A stretch of 64,000 bases of DNA from Hydrolagus affinis (taxonomy: Eukaryota), in the NCBI GenBank assembly GCA_012026655.1, contig JAAILG010000429.1, positions 1-64,000 on the forward strand, given 5' to 3'. The position numbers and the translations under genes are program-made. Under the pieces are notes generated by a model. It was given only the letters and a program-made list of their open reading frames with translations. It was not told the DNA's origin and did no database searches. Positions 37,632 through 51,773 of this stretch are shown here, one piece after another. How positions within the stretch are numbered: position 1 is the stretch's first letter; the number at the start of each line of letters is the position of its first letter.

Positions 37632-38244
37632 ATAAATAACAGATAATAACAGAATATTGTATTGGTACTTATTGTTAAAACTACTCTCTTGTGCTTCTCA
37701 CCTTTACTGGTAGATGCTGCGCTTGAAGCCATGATGCTGCGGTTGAGGTTTATAGTCCAGCGATTCCTTTTAAAATGGAGGACACCAAGCGGGTGAAAAA
37801 AACGGAGCGTGACTTTAAAGCCATACTAGTGGCAAGCCAATAACCCTAGCCGATAACACACATTATCGCACAGGTACAGTATTTCAGTTTGCCGCTAGTA
37901 GAGTCTAGGGTTATCGGCTTGCCGCTAGTAAAGTCGCGCAACTTTAAAGTCGCTCTGCTGTTTTTTTTCACCTGCACGACATCCTCCATTGTAAAAAGAA
38001 TCACTGGAGTGTAAACCTCAACCAGCAAAGGTGAGAAGCGCAAGAGAGTAGTTTTAACAATAAATATCAATACAATATTGTGTTATTATCTGTTATTATT
38101 TAGTCAGGTGTGTATGGTGTATGTTAAAAGAACTTTAATTTTTTTGTGGCGAGTTTTCGGCTGCGGGCCGCCAAGAATATCCGGCAGGCGCTTTAACTGG
38201 CAATGGCCAGGACCCGCGGGTGCCGTATAAACAGGCTTTTACTG
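37632..38244. mobile_element. Palindromic DNA-transposon remnant of the same TIR family; only the right TIR is recognisable
   Basis: Ends TAAACAGGCTTTTACTG|TA. Internal inverted arms at ~37632-37850 and ~37905-38102. Confidence 0.65.
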
Positions 38245-40179
38245 TAGTATATGAACATTCTCTACATATTAATAATACAAACTTGCGAAGTAAATATCCA
38301 TCCCCATGTTCATTTAGGCTGCATACAAGGTCATAACACCAACACCTGCTACCTTCCAACCGTTGAATTCCAAATTCTACCTTTAGACATGAAGGAGTTA
38401 AAGATGTGAAACACTGCTTGCTGCAATAACATATCTCAGATGATTTATGACGCAACCAGGCTGCATTTGTAATTAAGCAGGCACTGGCCTACCAGTCGGT
38501 CTTGTAAGCCTTTGTATGAAAGCACAGCTCTAAACCGAAGCCCCACTGATATACCACTGCACCCTAAGGAAGTCCACCTATCTCCAAGCCAGCTGTGGCT
38601 GAAATGGAAGCAAGACTGCTACAAAGAAATCCTAACAACAGACTATAGTAATTTTGTCAACATTGATAAACCAAGTGGCTTTCTTTATATAGCCCCAATA
38701 CCTTTAAAAGTAAGGGTGTAATCAGGTCCCTACAACTCCTTGCACACAAACACAAACACGTCTGTCTCAAACACACACCTTGCATTTAGATAGTACTCTT
38801 CACACAGAATAACATCCCAAAGCACTTTGCAGTCGCAAGGATGGTTATCAAGCAAGGGAGTCGCGGAAAAGGAGAGGTGACCATAGGCATGGACGAAGAA
38901 GTAGATTTTAACACAGTTGGAGAAGGAGGGCAAGACAGAGGGCCCAAGAGATTGAATTCCAGATGTTAGGGGCATTGAAGTGCAAGGTTGTGACACACAC
39001 AATCCATAAGTCTTTGAATCAATTTCAGATGTTTGGAGCTCGTCTCCCAAACCTTCTCTGATCATCTGGCTGTGCATGTTCAAGTTTCCAGATTTTAAAC
39101 TTTTTCTGGAACACCGAACATGCTCTAACAAAAGTGAACACTGACTCATTGCTAATTGAACCCTGCCACAGGTTTCTTGGGAATGATGGCGGGAGTCAGC
39201 TATTTAAGCCTGGAATGGGAATTCTGCCGCTGAACAATGTATCCTAGATTTGTTGAGGCATTTTCCACTTTAGAACAATTGGCTCTGATCACTACAGTTT
39301 CCTTTACACAAACTGACCATTCATTTAGAACAAAAAAAATCTCAAAACATCTGCACTTCCTCCATGTTCAATAAAGAGACAACTCCCTACCTTTGAACAT
39401 AGTTTCCTAACCACTGGGTCATCTATATAAATAGCTTACAACAAAAAAAATAAGATTTAGAAATGTCGAACAAGCACATTAACGTAATGAAAACATATTA
39501 CCTTACAAAACAGTTATATTCTATAAGTCATAGAATTCTGAAAAGTGATGTTCATTATACAATCTCACTTAACATTTTCTGTCAAAAAGGCAATTTGAAA
39601 ACAAACACTAATTGCATGATCGGCTGCTTCCCACAAAAGGCAATCAATCAACATGACTTTTTTGGCTTTTATACGCGTCTATTTCCTGAATAAAATACAA
39701 GACTGACAAAACACACATTTTGCCCACAAAATACAATCAGTCCACTGTGAAGTGCTTCAAGACATCTCAACGATGTGATAAAGATCCTGTATCAAATGCA
39801 AGGATAATTATTTATTAGCAATGTAAAACACTGTTTTTCTATTGCATTTGAGTGTTAGCCTGAAGTATGGCTAATAGTTTAGTGCAATAGTAAAGTTGCG
39901 CTACATCATCGGAGGTACGGTTTTTCGGGTGAGATTTTAAACTGAGGTCTGGTTAGTCTGTCTGTTCAATTGTTTGTTAAAGATCCCATAAAATTATTAT
40001 CGGTGTACTGGCCAATGTCACAGATGGTTGCTGGATTTGCTAACATGAACAGTACCACACTTGACAGTAATTACACACCAAACACTTGCAGACGTTTCAA
40101 TGTGATATGATAATCTTTTTTTAAAAAGCAAGCTCATGTTGTCCTCATGTACTTCTTCAGAACTCATTTTAGCTTCCTT

Positions 40180-40663
40180 AGGTTTCCTTACTCATACGAC
40201 TCTGTTAGCCTAGCAGTAAGTAGGAACCCGATAGTTAGTCAATCAACGGATCATTTTCCGGGGGTAATAATCTTTTTTAAAAATCTGGTTACTCAATTCA
40301 TAACTGTCTGTGGGTCACTGCTTTGTGCAATTGGTTACCATGTTTCACCCACAAGTCAATTCATTTCACAGTATAATAGTAATATTCCTTGCATTTGATA
40401 TAGCTCCTTATCATGTCTTCCGGATGTCTTAAAAGTGCTTCACAGAATATACTGTAAAGTGAATTGACTGTATATTTTGTGAGTGAAATGAGGCAGCCAA
40501 TTGCGCACAGCAGTGTCCCACAATGTTGTCGATTGAGGGAACAATTTTTTTCAAAGGAATTATTACCCCCGGGAAAACGATCCACAGACTTCTGTGAAGT
40601 GCTTGGAAACTTCTCAACAATGTGACCAGGTGTCGTACCAAATACAGGGATTATTATTATTAT
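40180..40663. mobile_element. Nested SINEs: a - strand copy (~40377-40590) inserted in a + strand copy
   Basis: The + copy breaks after ...TTCACAGTATA and resumes TTCTGTGAAGTGCTT...(ATT)n at ~40591. Confidence 0.7.
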
Positions 40664-43600
40664 TAGCTGCCAAAGTGTGCTCCTGAATCCGGTTTCAACT
40701 TGTGCTCCTGAATCCTGCCTCAATAAAGCTAAAATTCAGACTGGTCTTATAATTTCCATGTGTGAGTCAGTGGAACAGGATCAGTTTGCTTGCCGGACAC
40801 TGCAGTTGCGACGGACAGTTGTTCTCAATAAGTTACCGATTGTAATCCTTCACTGGCATAATGGGAACATAACCCAAAGGATGCTGTTTTTCTCATTGTG
40901 GAGTCCTGCAGCTCAGTGGTTTAAGATCCAACGTGAAAAAGGCACTTTGTAAATGTTATGTTTCTGGAAGGGAAACGCAAAAATAATGCTTGTGTGGCCT
41001 ACAGATGTTTCTTAAATAGGACATCCGGCCCTCAGCGGGCAAACAGTCGGGCTGCCCTGACCTATGCGAAGGTGACAAGTTAAGCCAGCGTGGAGATATT
41101 AGGAATTTACTGCATCTTTCACCGATAGCGGTTACACATTTGTGTGAGATCAAACATCTGAATCGCAATAAATATTCTGAGCATAAAGGTATTTATTCAT
41201 AATAATAATCCTTACATCTTATCAACATCTCAAAGCGCTTCACAGAATATACTATTGACTGTATATTTGTGGGCAAAACGCGGCAGCCAATTGCGCACAG
41301 CAGTGTCCCACAAAAAGTCATGGATTGAAATGACCAATTTTATTATCGTGTTTTTTTTTGAGGGATTATTATTAGATGTGTGGAGTAAGGAATCTTGTCC
41401 AAAGTTTCACCCTGATCTAATTGGATTCGAACACAGGTCTCACTGAGCTAAAGGAGCTCCATAATACAATTTAAGGGATTTGGGTATCAGCTTGGCTCAG
41501 GCGGTAGCACTGTCACCGCAAAAGTGAAAAGATGACCAAAAGCGCAGTCAAAGATTTAGGTCTTGACATGCCTTGAAAGAGAGAACTGAGGTCACAAGTC
41601 GGAGGGATTCCTGGGAATGGAACTCCAGAGAGTGGGGGCAAAATGATTATGGTTAGGCAGATAGACATGAAGCAAGCCACAACTCAGACGAGAGAGAGTG
41701 CCACCGAGTGAGCCACGCTTATAACAAATTTGAAGTTTGCTAAGAAGGAACTAACTCCTCTTGGTTATGAACACTGCTGTCTTGAGTGCAAAATCTTTGA
41801 TTGTACACAATGAACATGGGGACTGGTAGCAAAACAAGCCTGCGCAGGAACAAGCAGCCATTCAGGAATCCCATCTAATCATCTACAGGTCACATTATGA
41901 GCATTGTGGGCAAACACAGCAGCCAATTTGCTCACAGCAATGTCCTACAAGCAGCCATAAAGCAAACAGGCTATTTTATCTTGGGGATGTCAGCCACAGG
42001 GAGAGAGAAACTTCCTTTTCTTTAATGTCCACCTGAACAAAACACTAGCAATGTCAATTCAGCAACTCCATTCTGCTTTTAATGTAAAACAGATAGCAGC
42101 GAAACACCTAGGCACTTTAGTTGAGGTCCTAAAAAAAATATGAAAACAAGTAAGTTTCATCAAGACACAATTTTTTTCATTCTGATCCATTTTCTGAAGT
42201 GAATCAGAAAGGATTCTCCCCCTAAATCTGCATATTTTAAAACAACTTCACAGCTAGTCACAAGATGTTTCAAAATCCCTATAAATGAGAAACAGACTCT
42301 TAACAATATCTTGCAGTTTAGAAATGTAAATAATTGCTTTAAGGCTGCCAACGAAAGACATACTTTTCTCTCATTGGAGATTGACAAACAAGAAGTTTCT
42401 CTGCTGAGGACCAGAACAGACAGGCAGGCACCAGGCGAGTGACCGGCATAAAGGGATGATGAGATGAAGGCAAAAGCATTGGACTGAAAATAAATGAAGA
42501 TATAAAAGCATTAAACAAAGCAAAAATTCTGAACATTCTTACTGGAATTGCCTCAGGAAAGGCTGGATTCGATACTTCATATTCCAGATATCCTGGAGAT
42601 TTTTTAAAATCAGGCCTACGTCAATAGTGATGTATGTGGTCTGAGAAACAAATGCCACAGACATTCATCTCCTGCTATTCCATGAATTAAACCGTTCTTT
42701 CAGAACAAGGGGCTATGACACTATATGATAAAAACAGTACAATACAAATTTACATTGATATCAATTGTACTGTATTATATGTCTCAAATCACACAACAAT
42801 TAAAGACTTGCAATAGAGCTGGAGGTAGTAGCCAAGAGGAAATGCAGGGGAAAGATGACCAAAAGCAAAGTCAAAGTGGTATGACTTAAGATGGACCTTG
42901 AATGAGATGAGGGAAGGAGCGAGTTGGAGGGATTCCAAGATGGAGTTCCAAAGAGTAGGAGCAAATAGGCTGCAACGTGGAAACATCTGAACCACTGTAC
43001 TCTGACACTTGTAGTTTGCTCTCCTGTTGCATAACTAGGTTTCTTCTATTAGTTTACTGCAAGTTATATATTTTCTGCGCTCATTCAAGCACAACTTGGA
43101 ATACTTCAATAAATCTTATCTCTCTTTCAATCCTTCGGAGAGGGATCAAATACTAATAATTAAGGATTATTATTATTAAATGAATGGGAAAGCTGTGATT
43201 TTAGAGACAAGAAATAGTAAGTCAACCCTGCGCATACGCTCTGCTAGTAAAGAGCAAGTCAACTATCAATATAAGTACACCGATCATACATTATACAATT
43301 ACTTCAATGGATAAAGAGCTAATGAGCCCCCAACATATCCTCTATATATAATACTGTTTTATGAGCTATCATACATCAACACTGGCATCAATCCAATGTG
43401 AAATGCACACACCTCTGTTGGTGACCCAAGTATACGCAGGATAAACTGTTCATTTCTGGCATGTAGCAGAAAATCAAGTGGGTTCATCTAAAGTCGCATA
43501 CATTCAGAAGAGTGTACAGAACTCTGATTAAAAAGACATAGTATGAGCAGCAACAGAACTGTATTCAGCAATGGATTGAAATGTTTTAGGTAGTCACTAG

Positions 43601-46600
43601 TCCTCACAAACTCAGCCGTATTAATATATAAAACTTGAAAAACAATTGTAGCTCATCTCGCTGCTGCCAAATTAAAAGGGTATTACACAAAACATTTCCC
43701 ATGTACTCAATTGGTTTCTTTGTAGACAGATATCCAAGTCCCTCTTGAATCAATTATAATCTACCCCCACCACCTCCCAGGATATTTTATTCCACATTTT
43801 TCTATTTCTGATTAAAGTAATTAAGCCTTAATAGTCTGTTCAATTTACCTTGAGATTGAATCTTTGCCATTTTGTAGAAATTGTGCTTATAAATGATCAG
43901 TTTATCGAGATCCTTTAAGATCTAGAAAACTTCTGTAAACCCTCCCCATAGCCTTCTTTTTTCCCCAATGAACAGACCCAGATTTTAAAGCTTCTGCAAC
44001 TAATTCACCATCAAATTAAACATGGCTTGCTGGTTTAAGGTTGGAAAGAACATTGACAAAACAAGTGCGCCGCACGTGGGAACACTTAGGCAATGGAATT
44101 CATTCACTCATATACATGAATCATGCCAGCACTACTCGATTCAAACAGCGTAATCAGTATGGAGGAACCAAGCATGGAATTTGAAATGTAAGACTCTCAC
44201 TGACCCAGAGTATTAACTATTGGTGCCACAGTTGATAACAGTTTCCTGTGGCAAGTAGGAGCTGTTGTCAGCTTTGGGGAAGGGAAGAAGACGATTTTTG
44301 GCTAGCATCTGACATGGAGAAACCCATCACAGTACATAAGAGAATCCAAGCCAGCAGTTACTTCCATGTACGCTAGCTACCCATAAAAATTCCCATGTTT
44401 GAACTGGAATGTACACTCTCCCTCCGGAAGGATGCATCCTGCTAATTCCAGAGACTATGAGAAATAGGTAGGCAAGAGTAAAGGCTTGGGGACCTCAGAG
44501 TGTGTGTTGGGACCCTGCAAGTGTTTAACCCGCTAAACCACATATGCCTCAAAAGCACCATCTTCCCGCTTCCAACTGTTTCTCCACCTAGGAACAATCT
44601 TCCCATTACAGCAGTTAAAAAAAAACGATTCTGTGCTGTACACCCTTCAGAGTTTAATGTCCTAAAGGCACCACTGTCTTTTTTTAAACATACTATGTTC
44701 ACAGAAGTGGTTCACAACTAATATTTCAAACAGACGGAACAGAACAAAAATGCATTTTTTTGTTTTTCCTCTCTGTGGCCTGACCTCTCCTCGCACCCAG
44801 CTTCTCTCCTTCCCCCACCCTCCCCAACTTGGGTAAAATGCTGGCAAGAAACATTCTTACTCAGTAACCTGTTCACCCCCTTAGTTTGAAACCACCAGTA
44901 TTGGAGCTTTGGGCTTGCGAGTTTGGGCTTGCAAGATTAACAGGATTTGAGTGGGAAGAATCCTTGACCCCCAGTGATCAGTCTGCCCTGCTATGTCCTA
45001 CTGATGTATCAGATGGGTTGGTCTGTCCAGCAATGCTCTACAGTACTGCAGACCCTACTCGCTCAGGAACCAGATGGACTATCAAGATCATCACAGAGGA
45101 TTGACTCAATTCTGATACTTCATTGCCTAGCAGGTCAACTCAGGGCCTTTCCTGAAGCAGAGGAAGGTACTTACAATGTGCAACATTGACTCCCTCCATT
45201 GATTCTACCTAAACGTTAGTAATTTATTTCTTAAATAATAGAAGATATTCCCCATGGAGCAATCTCCTGTGGATGATAGTACTTCATGTCTCCTGTCTAG
45301 ACGGCAAACTGCTTTACCCAAACCAGAAGAAATCCAGTCAACGATCAGATCCACTGTACATTTTATCCTGGTTGTCAAATTGTATCCCAAGGAAGGAAAT
45401 TCATACCCGAAGTGATTTCTGCTATATCAAAAGCAAAGATTATTATTATTATTATTGGTCAGCCTGGTGTCTGTCACACATGAAAACCATCACTGTGCCT
45501 TAGAGCATTCATAAGAGATCCAATATAGAAATCGCATAGATATTAGGCACATTATGGAGAGAACTAAGGCACGTGTACTTTGTACTCAGAGTACTTTGCA
45601 ATGCTGTTGGGAGTTTAACCAGCTAAATCTACATAGCAAGCTTCCCACTGTGCATTCAGCTAGGACCATCTCTACCTTTTAGAGCTTTGGGTTGCAGGGT
45701 TAGCAGGAGCTGAGTGAGAAAACTCAATTCCCTATTCTGCCTCTGTTCTCTAATTCTCAGCTATAATTCCCTGCCTCTGTTCTTCCAGGTCCTACCGATG
45801 AGCCAGGCTGGCTTGGTCTGTTAGTAGCACTGATTTGGAGAAACGCCGATCCAGCTGGCTCAAGCACTGAATGACCGAGGCCACCACTCAGGATTTCACA
45901 CTATGTCACAATACCTTGGAGATCCCACTTATAGCACTTCCAAGGAAATAAACATCTAGGTTTGAACAAGGAGGGTAAGGCAAATTACATAAAATTACGC
46001 CATCCCAATTTCTAATTATACATCAACACTGTTAAAACTTAGGCCAAACAAGCAGAGGGCTCTAGTTCACGTCAAGTTTAATTTCTAATGAGTGAAAACA
46101 TGAATAAAAGTTTTCTTATCTTACAGTGCCTATTTAATCTGAACACTTGGGCAAACAAGGTTGAAAGACCTCTGAAAGTGTTGTCATTCTATCTGAGAAA
46201 CCCTTGTTCCAGTTTCTTCCCCATCGTTCTCCCCATACAGCAATCTGTAGTCAAGATCATCGGTTCCAGGCCCACAAAATGATGCAAAGATGTCATGATG
46301 TTCAAACTCCCCACTTTGTGTGTAAGATGCCACTGAGCACCTCATCGACAGTAAAGAGACCCTAAATTAAACTGAGGGCTGCAAATAGAACCTGGAATCC
46401 TGCAGTTCATCACAATCCTATGCTGGTGCTGCAATATGCTGTAACCATATCAAGTCCAAGAAGGCAACAAAGCAGAGGGGAGGAGAGCAGTGGTTACGAT
46501 CCTTCACATCGAGAGCAGCAGATACACCTGGTACACTGACCTCAGAGCAACAGCTAGATATTATTCCAACTAGTCCTTGGCTGAACTTGTAGAATGAATG

Positions 46601-46750
46601 CTCTTTCTTCTCTTCTAATTCCACCAAGTATAAAAGCAACTCAAATTCATTCCAAAACCTCAGAATTAATCCACACAAACAGTCAGAGAATAGGCAACAG
46701 TGCTGGATACCTAACAGCCAAAGTCATGTTTGTAGTGCAGCACATCATAC

Positions 46751-46903
46751 CTGAAACATTGATTGAAGTCCCCGCATCAAGAACACCACTGTTAGGCCTC
46801 ACACAATACCTGCGTGGAGCTGTGGTCTTCACTTTAAAACATACATTTTTATCTGTAGGATTAGCTAGTTTCAGGTTTGTAGTGACAACATCTGTAAAAG
46901 GAC
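46751..46903 (-). CDS. VAPB: VAPB coding exon 2 ([12 protein letters not shown]...[18 protein letters not shown]...INVS)
   Basis: ttccag| 153 nt |gtatg. Contains the VAP consensus [16 protein letters not shown] with T46 and P56 intact. Confidence 0.98.
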
Positions 46904-49900
46904 CTGGAAGAAAAGAAAAAGCAGTTTAAATATTAAAGTACTCCCTAGAAGTAGCTGACCTTCCAATATCTGAAGAATCTTTGCTGTTTGGAAAACCACA
47001 TTTAGATAAGAAGTGATTTATTAAGTGATTGAGACGTCGCAAAGACATGATAATGCACTATATCAAATGCAAGGAATATTATTATTATTACTGATCACTT
47101 ATTGTGAATTCTGAGGTGAACGCAGCTTATTTTCACAGACTAATGTAAAAGACAATGTAGAATAATCTTCGACAATTCAGGCTGGATCTTAATTCAGAGC
47201 CCAAAAGAAAGCAGCAGTATTTGAATCAGGGTTATGTGAACTCTCTCTTCCTCCTCCCCCCTCCCACCTAGTTTCAAAAATAAATGCAGAGGGAAGAGAA
47301 AGACTGTCTGAAAGAGTTATAGAGCCAGATTAAGAGGGAGGGTGGTTATTAACACAGAATGGTAGATGGGAGGATTTACTGAGAATGAATGTGGCACAAA
47401 AATCAATAATTTGAAGATTTCCAATCATCTACCTACAAATAAATGAAATGGTCTGCTTCAGTAATTTTTCAAAGCCAGGATCCCACTTGAAAACGCTGGT
47501 GATGATGTAAAAATAATCTCACAGGAATTAACACAAATGTCCAGGAAAAAAAGGAAAAACACTTTCAGATGGTTGAGCTTTAAATGAAGTCCAATGATGG
47601 TTTCACTTCTTTAATACTGCTTCTGTACTCCTGACAATACACCAATACGTAGTGGTGCTGTCCAACAGGCCTGTGGTCATTTTGCAACTGCTAAATGGAG
47701 CTTTTTTTAGCAGCGGGGAGAGGGTTGGTGGAGGAACAATTTTGTGCGATTCAGACCTGCCATGTTTTACGATGAGGGTAGGAATTGCTTAGCTCCCAAC
47801 TCTTCCTGAAACAATTTGTTCTCTGCTCGATTGTTTTGATCCTGAAACGTGAATTTACCTTAATTTGTAGTGTCATTGAGATTGACCTTGAAATAATTAC
47901 ACGCTCTGCTTTGTTGTGAACTGTCCTTCTATTCATTAATTCACTCTTTGATACAAATTTCTCAAGATTCCCTCCCAGGATTTCAGAAGTTTCAAAAACT
48001 GTACTGGCGTTCCGTTGACTTTCTCACACATTTCCTTTGATCTCTCTGCTATTTCTGTTATCACTCAGCCAAGCACGGAGCCCTGAATCTGGCCAGTCAC
48101 TTCATGTTCCTCCACAATTGGCAAAAATCTGAGCAACTGGATGACTTGATTGTCATTTGATCAAAAGGTCATAATTAACATTTAATTCATTATTCAGAAT
48201 TCAATGGTTAAACTGTGTTTAAGAAACATCTGTTTTTTAAGGAGCAATTTCTACCTCATACAATCTGTATGAGGTATTCCATTACATCCGCTGGCTGGGC
48301 TACAACAATTACAAAGTAATTTCCTTTCATTTCATATAGTGTCTTTAACACTAGGACATCAAAGCGCTTCATGGGATTTACTGTAAACTGTATTTTGTGG
48401 GCAGCCATTTTGTACATGGTAGTATCCCAGTAACAGCCATAAAATGAATAACCAATGTTGTCTGGCTGTAATGGCATAGTCCCAAAGTAGAGCTGGAGCA
48501 CACAAGCTTCTAAGTACAAGTGTACCAACTGAGCCAGGCTGACACATAATTGTGTAGAAAAGGAAAACATCTGCTTGGAAAATGTTTAACCATTTAACAA
48601 ACCATTCACGGCTAAAGGCCATCTTATAATATAGTATATAATGTCCATTCAAACTGATAGAATCCACACAATAGCTTCTGGCAAATTCAGCAAACACCTA
48701 TAGTAGGAATTGTATGCATGTTTCAACGCTTTGGCACATCCTCCCAATGTGAAAGGCGCTATACAAATGTAATTTTGTTGCTGCTTCAAAAAGCGTGCTC
48801 CCAGTGATGGGTTTCTAATTAAACATCCCTTAAAGCAACAACTGGGACTGAGGTATTCTCGCATGTTGCGAGAATTCAATATGTTGCAAATTCAACATAT
48901 TGCATCCGCTCTTCAAAATCCACACAACATGGAGTACAAAGAACATGAAAAATTCTCAAAGTCCTCCGCAAAATGCAGGATTCAATTACAAATGGAGCAC
49001 AGCAGCTCTAGTGTTGTGCCCAGAGAGGGCAATGCAGTTTTGATAAACAAAATATCACCGACAAAGGTCACAGCAACAGTCACTCCATGTACAGTACGCT
49101 GTCAAATCCAACGTTGAGCTGTCCTCCCCTTTTAACACACCGATGCCTGCTGCGGTCTATGGCCTAATTGGAGTAGGAGCTAAAATTAGCTCTCCAAAAG
49201 AATGATTACCGAAGCAACTGCTTCTGAATTGAGATTAATTAGCCCTGAGATGCTCCTAAATTTCAAGCCTGGATTTTGATGCTGGTAAACTGACTGAGCT
49301 CCACCAGGGGGGCTGTAACAAATGTAAACTTCAGAGCTTCAAGGCTGATTTCATGTGGATTCAACTTGAGCGTTAGACTACACGTTGTGACGCTTTGAAC
49401 TCAGGGATGGTCACGGTATAAGATGGCAACCAAAGAGATGCTCACTTGCTAGTATGGAGCAATACAGTATACAAGTGTTAACTAATGATCACTCACTCTA
49501 CAGAGATACCTACGACAAATATTGGGTTATATAAAGTATGCTCATTGCTCACATGAGGCTACAACGAGGTGTTGTGTTTAGGTCTGACTTACATACACTT
49601 CTTGTTGCTGTGACTGTATTTTAACATTTATTAATCCAAGCCATAAATTAGAATACACAAAGCTGAGCAGCTACACTTATTCCCCTTTGTGAATCTTCTA
49701 GTCCACAGGGATGCTGAGGAATATTTTTTGATGGCCCGAATCTAAAAACAGTAGGTCCTGAATTGGGATGGAGTGAGGTGGATGGACTGCGGAATGGAGT
49801 TCCAGAGGGTGGGGGCAGAGGCCTGCCCACCAATGGTGGGGTGGGCGAGGTGCATGAAGCAGACTGAGGCCGTTGAGAGGAAGGAGTGGACAGGTTTGTA

Positions 49901-51460
49901 GGGTGTTAGGAGGTCAAACAGGTGGGGTGGGTGGGGGGGGGTAGCCACACCATGAAGGACTTTGCACAGAGGACATTATGAATTAATTGAACTACAAAGC
50001 AAAGTTGAACAAAATACTGTACTGGTTTAATTTCTAAAGATAGCTATCACCCAAACCCAAGCTTCACCGTAATGCTTATGCAGGAAACAGATCCCACCTT
50101 TCACCCTTCCCTTTGGTTCCATTACCAAAATTACCTTTGAAGATTGTTCCCAGATTACTGTCTCAGAGGCATATCTGTCAAAAACATCTTTGTAACCAGC
50201 TGTTGAGAAGGTATGAGCACAGGATGGAGTAACTCATACTGCAAATCTCTCTCCCTCTGGGACAGACAAAAGCAATGGGTTTCCTCCCTGCTTTAGCATC
50301 TCATTGTGCAGGAACAGTCCTCATCACTGATGGGATTTGGCTTTCCGTTAATGAACAAAGACAACAAACAGCTACATAATCACTCGATATGTCAATGCTT
50401 CTGTATTTTCCAACGAATAAAGTTTACAAAACATCTCTACTGAGTGCACTGCAGAATTTAATCGATCAATTTCACAAATGCTCTAAATTGCAGAATGTAT
50501 TGCTCCAGAACGCATCAAAAAAGGGACTCTGCTCAGGTAAGCAGTCTCAAAACAGAGAGTGAAAGTAGCTTAGGGGGGCATCCATTTAATTTACAGTCTA
50601 TTCAATATCCCACCATCACTTACTGGATTAGCCTTATTTGTAATAAAAGGGCAACCTACTTTGATTTTGTTCACATGCATATGCAATATAGTTTTTTTTA
50701 ATCATTTAAGAATTTATAAACAGTTCTATAATCCCCACGGCTGACAATAATGCAACAGCCGATGATACTGTTAATGGAAAAGAGCAAGTAATGGCTGTGC
50801 AGTGGGATGCTGCAGTACTGCTGCTCCCTGATTGCAGCTATGTCATGGATCAGCAGAACCTCAGAAGAACATAGGACAAGGCAGTTGCTGCACCACAGGG
50901 CAGGAGGATGAAAAAAAATAAAAGGTTTCCTTTAAACAGGTTTAAATAAATAAAGCCGGAAGTCACCTGGGTTGTCCTTAGAATCATTTAAAAGCACTAC
51001 ATCACATGTAAGTATTATTATTTAACGCAAAAACAATGGGAGAGGTAAGACTATTCACTCTCTCTCACACACACACACATGCACGCTAAATACGATGACT
51101 GAACCAGAATCTACATGAATTTTTAAAAGGCAATACAGTACAACAGATGCTCGAAAAGAAAAAAAAACATGAAAAGCATGGAAAGAAAGGCAAGCTGCAA
51201 GGACTAAACAGGTACCGGCTGTACCAGACAGCTGTCACAGGCACGATGCACTGAATGGCTTTTATGCTGAAACAATCTATGAATCTAAGATAAACATAAT
51301 GACATAGTACCCAAAGGTTATACAGCGCCCTATGACTCCAATTACACTTTTCATGAGGGAATGGTTGGTAGTGGCCAATTCATGAAAAAGCTAGCATGGC
51401 CACTTGAGTGTTCAGAATATAGTTATTTGAACCAACAGAATTCATATTACATAATTACAC

Positions 51461-51773
51461 GGAGCTCCTAGTGGTTAGAGCACTTGTCTTGCAAGCTGGG
51501 GAGACCTGTGTTCGAATCCAAGCAGGTCAGGGCGTAAACCTTGGGCAAGTTTCCTTACTCCACATGCCCAATAATAATCCATCCAAAAAAAACCACAATA
51601 ATAAAATTGGTCATTTCAATCCATGACTGTTTGCGGGACACTGCTGTATGCAATTGGCTGCCACAATTCGCCCACAAATATACAGTCAATTCACTTTACA
51701 GTATATTCTCTGAAACGCTTTCGGACGTCGATAAGATATGAAAAGCGCTATATCAAATGAAAGGATTATTATT
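51461..51773 (+). mobile_element. Near full-length tRNA-derived SINE with L2-type tail
   Basis: A-box-like TAGTGGTTAGAG, B box GTTCGAATCC (51510-51519), core GCTGT.TGCAATTGGCTGCC and tail GCGCTATATCAAATG...(ATT)n. Confidence 0.85.

Noticed and set aside
51461-51535. tRNA gene
   Set aside because: A and B boxes are present but continue into SINE body and tail; I could not fold a complete cloverleaf.
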